Source of the DNA: an uncultured Acidobacteriota bacterium
GTDB lineage: Bacteria; Acidobacteriota; Thermoanaerobaculia; UBA5066; Gp7-AA6
Assembly (NCBI GenBank): GCA_963804915.1
Contig: CAWDSI010000035.1
Span: forward strand, 14,827-78,826
Reading direction: 5' to 3'
Length of the DNA: 64,000 bases
A program made the translations under genes and the position numbers. Numbering within the stretch: position 1 is the first letter of the stretch; every line of letters starts with the position of its first letter. Below are positions 29,879-43,095 of the stretch, one piece after another. Under the pieces are notes generated by a model, which did no database searches, was not told the origin of the DNA, and saw nothing but the letters and a program-made list of their open reading frames with translations.

Positions 29879-29956
29879 CTACTGGCGCGCGATTTGTCGC
29901 GCCATCAATGGCTCGCGATTTGTCGCGCCACTACTGGCGCGCAATTTGTAGCCGGC
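29879..29956. repeat. 3 x 26-bp tandem repeat, each unit a 7-bp-stem hairpin
   Basis: ctacTGGCGCGCGATTTGTCGCGCCA / tcaaTGGCTCGCGATTTGTCGCGCCA / ctacTGGCGCGCAATTTGTAGCCGGC. The third, degenerate unit encodes the last 6 codons of the small minus-strand ORF. Confidence 0.85.
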
Positions 29957-30151
29957 TGTACTCCGACAGCGCCCTGCGGACGATGCGGCGGAGATTGCGG
30001 ACTCGCCGCTCGGCCCGCGCGGTCTCTTCGGCGATGATCCGATGACGCTGCCGCCGCGAATTCCGCCGAACGACCTCGCGCACCAGGAGATCGACCGCCC
30101 GCTTCCACCGGGCATAGGCAATCGCTACGGCCAGGTCAAACGTCTCTGTCA
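29931..30151 (-). CDS. small Arg-rich helical hypothetical protein (73 aa)
   Basis: MTETFDLAVAIAYARWKRAVDLLVREVVRRNSRRQRHRIIAEETARAERRVRNLRRIVRRALSEYSRLQIARQ. GC3-biased codons and an ATG start. No family recognised. Confidence 0.4.
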
Positions 30152-30201
30152 TAAAGAACCCGACTCGGGTCAAGCATAACGCCGCGCCGGATCTTTTTCC
30201 C

Positions 30202-31188
30202 CTAGGGAATCGGCAACGGCTCCACCGGCCCCGGGGCCGAAGTCGCCACCATCTTCTCGAGCGAGACGTCCGGCGGGCCGAGGCGGCGATCGAGCACGGC
30301 GAACCGGGGGTCGGTCGGCGCCATGCGGCCCTCCCGCTCCCGCCAGAACTCGTAGTGCAGCGACGGCGATACGACCCAGCCGGTCGCGCCGACCGTGCCG
30401 ATGCGCTCGCCGCGCCGAACCCTCTGTCCCACTCGCGCTTCGATGCGGGCGAGATGGCCGAAGAGCGTCGCCTGCCCTCCCCCGTGCGACAGGATGACGA
30501 GGTTGCCGTACCGCCACAGACGCGAGTCCTGTCTCGCCCGCACCTGTCCGGCATACGCGACCGTGCCGTCCGCCGGCGCCACCACGGTCGAGCCCGCCGG
30601 CGTCGCGAGCTCGAGACCGGTGAAGAACTCCTCGGCGCCGGTCCAGGGCGAGACGCGCGGGCCGAAGACCGCGGCGGGCTCGAAGAGCTCGCTGGCGAGC
30701 GGAAGGATCGAGGGCGTCGCCGGCGGAAGACGCGGATCGGCGGCCTCCTTCTCGGAAATCAGGATGAGCCCCCGGTCCAGCGCGAGGAGAAAGCGCGGCA
30801 GTCCCGCGGCGGATGTTTCCGGCGCGCCGGCCGCGAGCACACCCGCCTCCGGGTTGAGCTCCCTCGGCCAGGTCGAAGGCGAGAGCCGATACAGGAACGC
30901 GATCCGAGCGATGAGGCTCGCGGCATCGCGCGCGCGGGTCGCCAGCGCCGCGGCGCGTCCCTCCGCCACGGCGAACGCCGCGCGGGCCGAGTCGGTCTCG
31001 CGGGCGAGAGCGTCCGAGGGCTTCCCCCGAAGGGCGCGGATCGCAACGGCCGGGACGGTGACCCAGAGCGAGAGCGCGACGATCGCCGCGGCTCCGGTCG
31101 CGAGGATCCCGGCCTTCTGTCCGCGGTCGCGGAGCTTCCAGCGCCGCACGGCGCCGCCGCCCGAGGAAGGATGAAACTGGAACTCCAT
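30202..31188 (-). CDS. M23 family metallopeptidase
   Basis: 328 aa from ATG 31188. N-terminal TM anchor, then ..GLELATPAGSTVVAPADGTVAY..GNLVILSHGGG..TLFGHL..GATG..SPSLHYEFW... Confidence 0.85.
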   Translation of the reverse strand: MEFQFHPSSGGGAVRRWKLRDRGQKAGILATGAAAIVALSLWVTVPAVAIRALRGKPSDALARETDSARAAFAVAEGRAAALATRARDAASLIARIAFLYRLSPSTWPRELNPEAGVLAAGAPETSAAGLPRFLLALDRGLILISEKEAADPRLPPATPSILPLASELFEPAAVFGPRVSPWTGAEEFFTGLELATPAGSTVVAPADGTVAYAGQVRARQDSRLWRYGNLVILSHGGGQATLFGHLARIEARVGQRVRRGERIGTVGATGWVVSPSLHYEFWREREGRMAPTDPRFAVLDRRLGPPDVSLEKMVATSAPGPVEPLPIP

Positions 31189-31202
31189 GGAGGCCCTGAG
31201 GG

Positions 31203-33131
31203 CTAGTCTCCGGGAAACACCGCCACGACGCCGAGCTCGCGACGGTCCGCCGAGAGACCCAGGTGCTTGGGCACGAACGAGCGCGAGAGCGTGAAGCGGA
31301 ACACGCGCGGCTCCCGCGGCCCGGCGGAGAGGCGCAGCGGCAGCCCCTGTCCCGGCGCGATCGTCCTGGAAAGCACCTCTCTTCCGTCCGCTTCCGCGAT
31401 CAGATCGACGGGGCGGCCTTCCGGCGTGTAGTGGACGAGGCCCATGCGCAGCGTCTCGCCCGGAGGCAGCCGGATCGCAAAGCGGCGCTGGGTCCAGTAC
31501 AACGCCTGGCCCCGGTCCTCTTCCTTTCCATGAAACCCCATGCCCCGACGGTAGCGGAACGCCTCGTCCGGCGAAAGCGTCGCGAGCGTGGCGGCCGCCG
31601 CGGCCGCCGCGTAGATGAGCACGGCTCCGCGTCGGACCTTGCCGGCCAGGGCGGATTCCGGCGCCGACGCGGTCCGCCCGACGCAGGCCGCGAAGAGGAA
31701 GAAGGCGAGCGAGACGTCGGGCGCGAACCAGTGCGAGCCCAGCGCGAGCGCCACGAGAAATCCGAGAGACGCCGCGCCGCAGCCCGCGATCAGCGGCTTC
31801 TCTCTCCAGGCCGACAGCGCGGCCACGGATTCGCGAGCGAGCAGGACCGCGAACACGGCGACCAGGAGGAATCCGATCGCTCCGGTCTCCGCGAGGGCCT
31901 GGAGATATGCGCTTCCCGGGTTGTCGCGGACCGGCAGCGAGCGCCCCTCCTCCGCCAGCAGGGTGGGAAGCTGCCACGAGTAGGCGCCGAGGCCGGCGCC
32001 GGCGATCGGATGCCGGCCGAAGAGCCGGACGGCGCCGGCCCAGAGCAGCGGCCGCGACGAGGCCTGGTCCGAGAGAGACAGGGTCGGGTCCATGAAGTAC
32101 GCCAGCCGCCGGGCGATGCCGCCGCGGTCGGCCTGCAGCAGCAGCCCGGCGATCACGAGGATGCCGGCGGCCGCGACGAGACCGAAGACGAGCCGGAGGC
32201 GGCGAGCCGCCGGGAGCCGCGGAGCGCAGACGAGGGCGAGCATCCCGACCGTCACGAGCAGAAGCCCGCTTCGAGATCCCGAGAGCACGAGACCCGCCGC
32301 GGACCCCGCCGCCAGCGCGATCGGAGCGGCGCGCCGGACGCCCGCCGCGAGCAGCCACGCGGCCGCCGCGACGAAGGCCAGACCCGAAAGCAGGCCCAGC
32401 GCGTTGGGATCGATGGCGCCGCCCGAGAGCCGCCCGGTCATCCTCCAGAAGGCGCTGGTCTCGCCGGGCGGAAGACCCAGCCGCTCCGCGACCGCGCAGG
32501 CGCCCGACAGGCCGCAGCCGGCGAGCGCGGCGCGGAGGGCGCGCTCGCGCAGGGCGGCGCCCGAGCGGCGGAGGATGAAGAAGAACCCGACGCCCGAGGC
32601 CAGGGCGGCCAGCGAGAGCACGCTGTCGCGGATCGCGGCCGAGTCCAGCAGGCCCTCGACGTTGACCGCCCGCAGCCGCAGGCCGTGCAGGAGCGCCCAC
32701 AGCGTCCGTCCCCTGGCGATCGCGGCGATCGTCGCGACGACCCAGACGGCGGAGAGCGCGCGCAGCGTCTTGTCCAGACGGGAGGGATCGGGCGTGTTCT
32801 CGAAATCGTAGAGGAACCGGAACGTCCAGCCGGCCGCGAACCCCGCGAAGAGGAGCACGGGCCAGGCGATCGCGTCCGCGCCGCCGAACGCCCGGTCCCC
32901 GACGCCCGAGAGCGGGAAGAGGAACGAGAACGCGACGAGGCCGCGAGCCGGATTCCAGGCGGACGCGAGACCGAGCGCCAGCGCGACGAGCAGGAGCGGC
33001 AGACGGTCGCGGGCTCCCGGAGGAAACCCGAGCGTGAAGACCGATGCGAATCCGAGGACGGTGGCGAGGAGAGCCGCGAGCCGCGGGGGACCCCCGGGAC
33101 TCCGCGCCGGCTCGCCGCCGTTTCCCATCAC
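31203..33131 (-). CDS. O-antigen ligase/polymerase-like membrane protein with a C-terminal soluble domain
   Basis: 642-aa intact ORF. At least 10 TM segments and a Wzy_C-like central loop. Function is tentative. Confidence 0.6.
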   Translation of the reverse strand: MMGNGGEPARSPGGPPRLAALLATVLGFASVFTLGFPPGARDRLPLLLVALALGLASAWNPARGLVAFSFLFPLSGVGDRAFGGADAIAWPVLLFAGFAAGWTFRFLYDFENTPDPSRLDKTLRALSAVWVVATIAAIARGRTLWALLHGLRLRAVNVEGLLDSAAIRDSVLSLAALASGVGFFFILRRSGAALRERALRAALAGCGLSGACAVAERLGLPPGETSAFWRMTGRLSGGAIDPNALGLLSGLAFVAAAAWLLAAGVRRAAPIALAAGSAAGLVLSGSRSGLLLVTVGMLALVCAPRLPAARRLRLVFGLVAAAGILVIAGLLLQADRGGIARRLAYFMDPTLSLSDQASSRPLLWAGAVRLFGRHPIAGAGLGAYSWQLPTLLAEEGRSLPVRDNPGSAYLQALAETGAIGFLLVAVFAVLLARESVAALSAWREKPLIAGCGAASLGFLVALALGSHWFAPDVSLAFFLFAACVGRTASAPESALAGKVRRGAVLIYAAAAAAATLATLSPDEAFRYRRGMGFHGKEEDRGQALYWTQRRFAIRLPPGETLRMGLVHYTPEGRPVDLIAEADGREVLSRTIAPGQGLPLRLSAGPREPRVFRFTLSRSFVPKHLGLSADRRELGVVAVFPGD

Positions 33132-33174
33132 CAGGCGCCCATCGCGCGGCGGCAGCGTCCCGCCGAGACGCGCG

Positions 33175-36393
<3,219 letters not shown>

Positions 36394-36468
36394 CCGGGGC
36401 GGGAGTATAGCTGGCGACTCTCAGCTGTCCGCGGTCCCGCTCAGCCTCCGGACTCTCGACTCTCCTCG

Positions 36469-38259
36469 TCAGTCCCGCGCGACTCCGCGCGGCGCGCGCT
36501 CCGGCGCGAGCGTGCACCCTCCGTCGAGGATCGCGCCCCCCCGCCCGAGCCCGAACAGTCGATCGCCGGCCCAGGCCACGCCGAAGAGATCGCTTCTCGT
36601 CCCGGATTCGCGCGCGCTCCAGCGCCGGCCATCCACGCTTTCGAGCGCGACGCCGTCGTCGCCGACGGCCTGATACGACGCGCCCGCCCACGTCACGGAG
36701 TTCAGCCGGGACGCGACACCCGCGGACCCCTCTGCCCAGACCGCGCCGTCGGCACTCGTCAGGACTCGGCCGCCGTCGCCGACCGCGAGAAACTCCGAGC
36801 CGTTCCAGACGACGTCGTTCAGGGGCGGCTCGTCGCCGTCCGGGTCGCGCCGCGTCCAGTTCGTCAGGTCCGCGCTCTCGTAGATCCCGGCCGTTCCGTC
36901 TCCACCGACCGCCACGTACGTGTCGCCGTTCCAGGCGACGGAGCTCAGGAGCTTGTTCGGCCCGGCCCTCCGGTAGCTCCAGGCCGTCCCGTTTGCGCTC
37001 GTGAGGACCGCGGATCCGCTTCCGACCACGACGAACCGCGCGCCGTCCCAGAGGACCGACGTCAGAGTCTCCGTGACACCGGAGTTGCGGGCCGTCCACG
37101 CCGTGCCGTCCCGGCTCGTCAGGATGGTGCCGGCCTCCCCGACGGCCACGAACGACTCACCGTTCCACGCGGCGCCCAGCAGCCACCGGCCGGTTCCGGA
37201 CTCCTGGCGGATCCATGGCCCGTCGGCCGCGCCGGTCGCGATGAATCCCAGGGCGCCGACCGCCACGTACGTCGAGCCGTTCCATGCGATGTCGGAAACG
37301 GCAGAGCGGGGGCCCGGCGTGCGGGACTCCCACGAGGAGGCGTCCGCGCTCTGCAGGATCGTTCCGTGCTTGCCGACGGCGACGAACCCGGCGTCGCCCC
37401 GCGAGAGACCGAGGAGATCGAGCCCGGTTCCGGACTCGCGCTCCTGCCAGTCGATTCCGTCGGCGCTCGCCACGACGGCCCCGAAGTCGCCGATGCCGAT
37501 CCATTCGGAGCCCGTCCACGTCAGGCGCCGCAGCGCCGAAGTCAGCCGGGTCCGCTGGGCGTGCCAGGATCCGCCGCCCGGGTTTTCGTAGACCGCCTGC
37601 GTGTACGGGAATCCCGTTCCGACGGCGAGCCACCGGCCTGCGCCCCAGGCGACCGCAAAGAGATGGTCGCGCGTCCCGGCGTCCACTCGGTTCCAGCGCA
37701 CGCCGTCGGCGCTCGAGGCCGACGCGCCTTCCCGCCCGACCGCGAGGAACTCGTTTCCGTTCCACGCGAGGTCGTACCAGCTCGCGCCGTCGAACGCCGC
37801 GGCCGTTTGCCAGGCGATGCCGTCGGTGCTCGTGAGGATCGATCCCGCATCGCCCGCGACCACCCACCGCGACCCGTTCCACGCGGCGCGCACGAGATTC
37901 TCGGTCGCCCCGGTCAGTCGGAAGGCCCAGGTCTCCCCGCCATCGGTGCTCACGAGGACCGTGCCCGCGCCGCCGGCGGCCAGAAACTGGGAACCGTTCC
38001 AGACGACGTCGGAGAGATCGTGCGTGAGATTCGAAGGCCGTGTGGACCACGCGGCGCCGTCTGTCGAAACGACGATGGTCCCGGCCCGCCCGACGGCGAC
38101 GTAGCGTCCTCCGCCCGCGGCCACGCCCTGCAGGGTGTTGCCCTGAGGCAGCGGATTGATCCATCGCCAGGACCCGCAACTCTGTCCGGAAACGTGCGCC
38201 GCCGGCAGGAGGAGAAGGAGGAGGAGGGAGAGCGCAGCGAGTCGAAACAGCCTCGACAT
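36469..38259 (-). CDS. secreted Asp-box (BNR) beta-propeller repeat protein with about 14 repeats
   Basis: Signal peptide MSRLFRLAALSLLLLLLLPAAHVSG. A ~40-aa unit W.G..F.AVG..G.I..S.DG..W recurs (VSTDGAAW, VSTDGGETW, TSTDGIAW, SSADGVRW, ASADGIDW, TSRDGTAW, TSANGTAW, TSADGAVW, ESVDGRRW). Confidence 0.8.
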   Translation of the reverse strand: MSRLFRLAALSLLLLLLLPAAHVSGQSCGSWRWINPLPQGNTLQGVAAGGGRYVAVGRAGTIVVSTDGAAWSTRPSNLTHDLSDVVWNGSQFLAAGGAGTVLVSTDGGETWAFRLTGATENLVRAAWNGSRWVVAGDAGSILTSTDGIAWQTAAAFDGASWYDLAWNGNEFLAVGREGASASSADGVRWNRVDAGTRDHLFAVAWGAGRWLAVGTGFPYTQAVYENPGGGSWHAQRTRLTSALRRLTWTGSEWIGIGDFGAVVASADGIDWQERESGTGLDLLGLSRGDAGFVAVGKHGTILQSADASSWESRTPGPRSAVSDIAWNGSTYVAVGALGFIATGAADGPWIRQESGTGRWLLGAAWNGESFVAVGEAGTILTSRDGTAWTARNSGVTETLTSVLWDGARFVVVGSGSAVLTSANGTAWSYRRAGPNKLLSSVAWNGDTYVAVGGDGTAGIYESADLTNWTRRDPDGDEPPLNDVVWNGSEFLAVGDGGRVLTSADGAVWAEGSAGVASRLNSVTWAGASYQAVGDDGVALESVDGRRWSARESGTRSDLFGVAWAGDRLFGLGRGGAILDGGCTLAPERAPRGVARD

Positions 38260-38322
38260 GGCAACCTCGCTTGAAAGGATAGGGGCCGAGTATAGCGGAT
38301 AGAATCGCGCCACTCGTCACGC

Positions 38323-40710
38323 ATGATCGGTCAGACCGTCTCTCATTACCGGATCCTCTCGAAGCTCGGAGGCGGCGGGATGGGAGTGGTTTACGAGGCG
38401 GAGGACCTGAAGCTCGGCCGCCGCGTGGCCTTGAAGTTTCTTCCGGAGGAGACCGCGCCTGATGCGCAGGCCCTCGAGCGGCTGCAGCGCGAAGCCCGGG
38501 CGGCCTCCTCGCTCCAGCACCCGAACATCTGCACCATCTACGACGTCGACGAGCACGACGGCAAGCCCTTCATCGCCATGGAGCTGCTCGACGGCGAATC
38601 GCTTCACGACCGCCTGGTCGCCGGCCCGCTCAAGCTCGCGCCCCTCTTCGACGTCGCGATCCAGATCGCGGACGCGCTGGAGGCCGCGCACGCGCAGGGA
38701 ATCATCCACCGCGACCTGAAGCCCGCGAACATATTCGTCACCAAACGAGGACAAGCGAAGCTCCTCGACTTCGGCCTGGCGAAGCAGACCAGCGACGCGG
38801 CTCCTCTCGACGCGGCCGCTCCCACGGCCGTCACCGAAGCCCGACTCACGAACCCGGGCACGGCGATCGGAACGGTCGCCTACATGTCGCCCGAGCAGGC
38901 GCGGGGCGAGACTCTCGACTCGCGCACCGATGTGTTCTCGTGCGGCGCCGTGCTCTACGAGATGGCCACCGGGCGGCAGCCTTTTTCGGGAAACACCACG
39001 GCAGTCATCTTCGACGCGATCCTCAATGGCGCGCCGGTACCCGCACACACGTTGAATCCGGCCGTGCCCGGAGAGCTCGAGCGGATCATCGGCACCGCGC
39101 TCGAAAAAGACCGCGACCTTCGCTACCAGGGCGCATCGGATCTGAGGGCCGATCTGAAGCGCCTGAAGCGGGACTCGGAATCGGCCGCGAGCGGCCGCGC
39201 TCCCGCGGCGGCGCCTCCTCCGCCCCGTCCCCGCACGCTGTGGAAGGTGGCGGCCGGTGTCGCCGTCCTCCTCGCGGCCGGGCTCGTCTGGGGAGTGATG
39301 CGTCGCCGCGGTCCCACGACCGCCGCGGCGGCCCAGACGGTGATTGCCGTTCTTCCGTTCGAGAACGTCCTGGGAGACCGCGAGATCGACTACCTGGGCC
39401 TCGCTCTTCCCGACGAGATCGCCACGACGCTGTCCTACGCCCCCGGCCTCGCGGTGCGTCCCTTCTCGTCCACCCGGAGATACGCCGGAAAAAACATCGA
39501 CGCGAAGACCGCGAGCCGCGACCTCAACGCGTCGCGCATCCTCACGGGCCAGTTCCAGAAAGAGGGCGACCGGCTCCGCGTATCGATGGAGGTCATCGAC
39601 ACCGAGGGAGATCGCATCGTCTGGCGGGACACGACGACGACAACGGCCGCCAACATGGTCACGCTGTCCGAGAAGCTGCTGCAGAGCGTGCGCCAGGGCC
39701 TGCTGCCGGCCCTGGGCGCCGGCTCCGACACGAGCGGACCGGCGACGCACCCGAAGAGCCCGGAGGCGTACGACCTCTTCCTCCGCAGCAAGCCCTTCAC
39801 GAGCGATCCCGGGCAGAACGAGCAGGCCATGGCGATGCTCGAGCGGGCCGTCGGGCTCGATCCGGCATATGCCCCGGCCTGGACGGCCCTCGGCCAGCGA
39901 TATCTCTACGAGTCCCAGTACGGCCTGGATCGCTCGAAGGCCGCCGAGTACCTGCAGCGCGCCGCGACCGCGCAGGAGCGCGCCCTCGCGCTCGACCCGA
40001 ACCTCTCGGAGGCCGAGGTCGGTCTCATCCTTCTGCAGTCCGAGCACGGCGACAATCTCGGCGCGTACGCGCGGGCACGCGACCTGGTCCGGCGCAGGCC
40101 CCAGAGCGCCCGCGCGCACTTCGCACTCTCCTACGTTTTTCGTTTCACGGGGCTGCTCGAGGAGGCGATGCGCGAATGCGATGCGGCGCTGGCTCTCGAT
40201 CCCCACAACCGCAGTCTCCGCTCCTGCGGCAACGCCTTCCGTTACAGCGGCCAGCCCGACCGGGCGAGAGCTTTCTACCGGCTCGACGCGGGCTCGAACT
40301 GGGCGCGGACTTACGAGGGCTTCACGCTTCTCTGGGAGAAGAAGGTCGAGGAAGCGGCCCGGTCATTCGCATCGGCCGGCGAGGCCGGGCTCGCAGAGCT
40401 GCTCCTCGGGTCGGGAACACCGGACCAGCGCAATCGCATCGCGGCGAAGGTCGAAGCCGACGCCATCCAGGACATCGACGCCGAGCAGCGCCTCGAGGGC
40501 GCGACCGCCCTGGCGGCCGCCGCATATGGGCCGGAAGCGCTGCGCGTCCTGCGGAGCGCGGTCGACGCGAACTACGTCGCGTACCAGGCCATGGACCGCA
40601 ACCCGTCCTTCGATTCGATCCGCAAGGACCCCGAGTTCGAGAAGATCCGCGCCGAGGCGATCCGGAAGCAGAAGGAGTTCCTGGCGAAGCGGGACGCGGC
40701 CGCGCCATGA
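38323..40710 (+). CDS. Ser/Thr protein kinase with TM helix, extracytoplasmic module and TPR-like repeats (paralogue 1, intact)
   Basis: 795 aa. [37 protein letters not shown] segment [20 protein letters not shown], then [26 protein letters not shown], then TPR-like helices. Confidence 0.92.
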   Translation: MIGQTVSHYRILSKLGGGGMGVVYEAEDLKLGRRVALKFLPEETAPDAQALERLQREARAASSLQHPNICTIYDVDEHDGKPFIAMELLDGESLHDRLVAGPLKLAPLFDVAIQIADALEAAHAQGIIHRDLKPANIFVTKRGQAKLLDFGLAKQTSDAAPLDAAAPTAVTEARLTNPGTAIGTVAYMSPEQARGETLDSRTDVFSCGAVLYEMATGRQPFSGNTTAVIFDAILNGAPVPAHTLNPAVPGELERIIGTALEKDRDLRYQGASDLRADLKRLKRDSESAASGRAPAAAPPPPRPRTLWKVAAGVAVLLAAGLVWGVMRRRGPTTAAAAQTVIAVLPFENVLGDREIDYLGLALPDEIATTLSYAPGLAVRPFSSTRRYAGKNIDAKTASRDLNASRILTGQFQKEGDRLRVSMEVIDTEGDRIVWRDTTTTTAANMVTLSEKLLQSVRQGLLPALGAGSDTSGPATHPKSPEAYDLFLRSKPFTSDPGQNEQAMAMLERAVGLDPAYAPAWTALGQRYLYESQYGLDRSKAAEYLQRAATAQERALALDPNLSEAEVGLILLQSEHGDNLGAYARARDLVRRRPQSARAHFALSYVFRFTGLLEEAMRECDAALALDPHNRSLRSCGNAFRYSGQPDRARAFYRLDAGSNWARTYEGFTLLWEKKVEEAARSFASAGEAGLAELLLGSGTPDQRNRIAAKVEADAIQDIDAEQRLEGATALAAAAYGPEALRVLRSAVDANYVAYQAMDRNPSFDSIRKDPEFEKIRAEAIRKQKEFLAKRDAAAP

Positions 40711-43095
40711 TCGGTCAGACGGTTTCGCACTACCGGATCCTTTCGAAGCTGGGCGGCGGCGGTATGGGCGTCGTCTACGAGGCGGAGGATCTGAAGCTCG
40801 GCCGCCGCGTGGCGTTGAAGTTCCTGCCGGAAGAGCTGGGCCGGGATGCGCAGGCACTCGAGCGGCTGCAGCGCGAAGCCCGCGCGGCCTCCTCGCTACA
40901 GCACCCCCACATCTGCACGATCCATGACGTCGACGAGCACGAGGGCAAGCCCTTCATCGCGATGGAGCTTCTCGAGGGCGAAACTCTGCGGGACCGGCTC
41001 GGGCCCGGGCCCCTCAAGCTCGAGACGCTGCTCGATCTCGGCGCGCAGATCGCCGATGCCCTCGAGACCGCCCACGCCCGAGGCATCGTGCACCGCGACA
41101 TCAAGCCGGCGAACATCTTCGTCACGAAGAGGGGCCAGGCCAAGATTCTCGATTTCGGACTCGCCAAACAGACCGACCTCCCGGGCTCGGGTGACACGAA
41201 GATGGCCACCGCGATGCCCGAGGAACACCTCACGAGCCCCGGAACGGCCATCGGCACCGTGGCATACATGTCTCCCGAGCAGGCGCGCGGCGAGCCGCTC
41301 GACGCCCGCACCGACGTCTTCTCCTGCGGAGCCGTGCTCTACGAGATGGCCACTGGCCGCCAACCCTTCTCGGGAAGCACGTCGGCCGTCATCTTCGACG
41401 CGATTCTCAATCGTGCCCCGGTCTCCCCGGTCAAGCTCAACCCGGAGCTTCCGGCGGAGCTCGAGCGCATCGTCAACACCGCCCTCGAAAAGGACCGGGA
41501 CCTGCGCTACCAGAGCGCGGCCGAGCTGAAGACGGACCTGAAGCGCCTGAAGCGCGACTCGGAATCGGCACAAGAGCGGGAAGACGGCGGCTGCGCCTCC
41601 GCCGCCGGCTCCCCTTCGGCGCTCCCGACGCGCGCCCCGCTGGATCCTGCTCGCCGGCGCCCTCGTCGCGGTCGCGGCCGGCCTCGCGGTCTGGATGACG
41701 CGACGTCCCGCGGGCGGGAGCTCCCCCGGCGCGCTGACGACCCTCGCCGTGCTGCCCTTTCGAAATCTCTCGGGCGACCCCAAGACCGACTATCTGCGCG
41801 CGGCTCTGCCGGACGAAGTCTCCACGACCCTCTCCTACATTCCGACGCTCGCCATCCGGCCGTTCGCGTCGACGCAGAAATACGCCGAAGGCAACATCGA
41901 TCCCCAGGCCGCGGGGCGCGAGCTGCGCGTCGCCGGCGTGCTGACGGGCCATTACCAGACCGAGGGCGACCAGCTCCGCGTCACCCTGGAGATGATCGAC
42001 ACCGAGTCGAACCGCGTGGTCTGGCGGGACACCTCGAGCGCGGCCGCGAAAGATCTCATCGGTCTGCGAGAGCAGATTTCGCAACGCCTGCGCAGCGGTC
42101 TATACCCCCTTCTGGGTGGTTCGCGAATCGCGACCGAGGCGGCAACGCGTCCGAGAAACCCGGAGGCGTACGACCTCTTCCTCCGCAGCGCCCCCCTGAC
42201 GAGCGACCCGGAGCCAAACCAGCGCGGCATCGAGATGCTCGAGCGGGCGGTCCGTCTCGATCCGGACTACGCGCCGGCGTGGGCCGCCCTCGGCAACCGC
42301 TACTACTACGTCGGCGGCTCCGGCAGCGGTACGGCATACGCCCAATCGCGCGCGGCGATCGAGCGCGCGCTCTCGCTCGATCCGAATCTGTCGGACGCGG
42401 CGGACACCTCTATCGTGCTCGAGACCGAGGGCGGGAGGCTGGCCGAGGCCGACGGGCGAGCCCGGGAGCTCCTTCGCAAACGGCCGAACGACGCGCATGC
42501 CCACTTCGCGCAGGCGTACGTGCTGCGCTACGCGGGCCTTCTCGAGGAAGCCACGCGGCACTGCGACGCGGCTCGAGCTCTCGACCCCCAGAATCGCGGG
42601 CTTCGCTCCTGCGGCGAGGCCTTCGCTCAGTTCGGTGACTTCGCGAAGGCGCGCTCCTACTTCGCGCTCGACGACCCGAGCTCGCTCTGGCGAAAGAGCC
42701 ATGAGGCAGAGCTCCTGCTGCGCGAGGACAAGACCGAGGCCGGGTTGCGTCTTCTCCAGGAGAACCCCCGCTGGTCACCGTTGATCTCGCTCTTCCGGAA
42801 GACCGGGTCCCAGGCCGAACGCGACAGAACGGCGGAGAGCCTGGCCGCGCGCGCCCTCGGAGAGCGGGACTCCGAGAACCGCTACAAAATGGCCAACTTT
42901 CTGGCCTGGTGCGGATACCGCGACAAGGCCCTGCATCTCCTGCGCCGGGCCGTCGAGGACAACTATCTGTGCGTCCCGGCCATGGACAGGAACGTGCTTT
43001 TCGATTCGATCCGCAAGGATCCCGAGTTCGCCGCGACCCGCGAGGAGGCTGTCCGCCGGCAGAAGGAGTTCGTGGCGAAGCGAGGCCCGTCCTGA
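40707..43095 (+). pseudogene. Ser/Thr protein kinase-TPR paralogue 2, one +1 frame break near 41570
   Basis: The ATG overlaps the paralogue-1 TGA. The kinase domain is in the ORF 38940..42638 frame. TM, extracytoplasmic and TPR parts are in the ORF 41695..43095 frame. Removing one base in gcaCaagag restores ..[35 protein letters not shown]... 2389 nt = 796 codons + 1. Confidence 0.88.

Noticed and set aside
29879-29956. The 3 x 26-bp repeat as a CRISPR array.
   Set aside because: The units are separated by only 4 nt (no spacers), only three copies exist, one copy overlaps a coding end, and no cas genes are present.
28802-30201. RES-Xre, the repeat array and the small ORF as a genomic island or prophage remnant.
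   Set aside because: There is no integrase, recombinase, att-like direct repeats or tRNA target. Composition is similar to the flanks apart from one short AT-rich patch.
36394-36468. ctcagc-type motifs between the propeller gene and carB as another copy of the palindromic elements.
   Set aside because: The motifs share short words with the 13965 and 15038 elements, but no inverted-repeat symmetry could be found.
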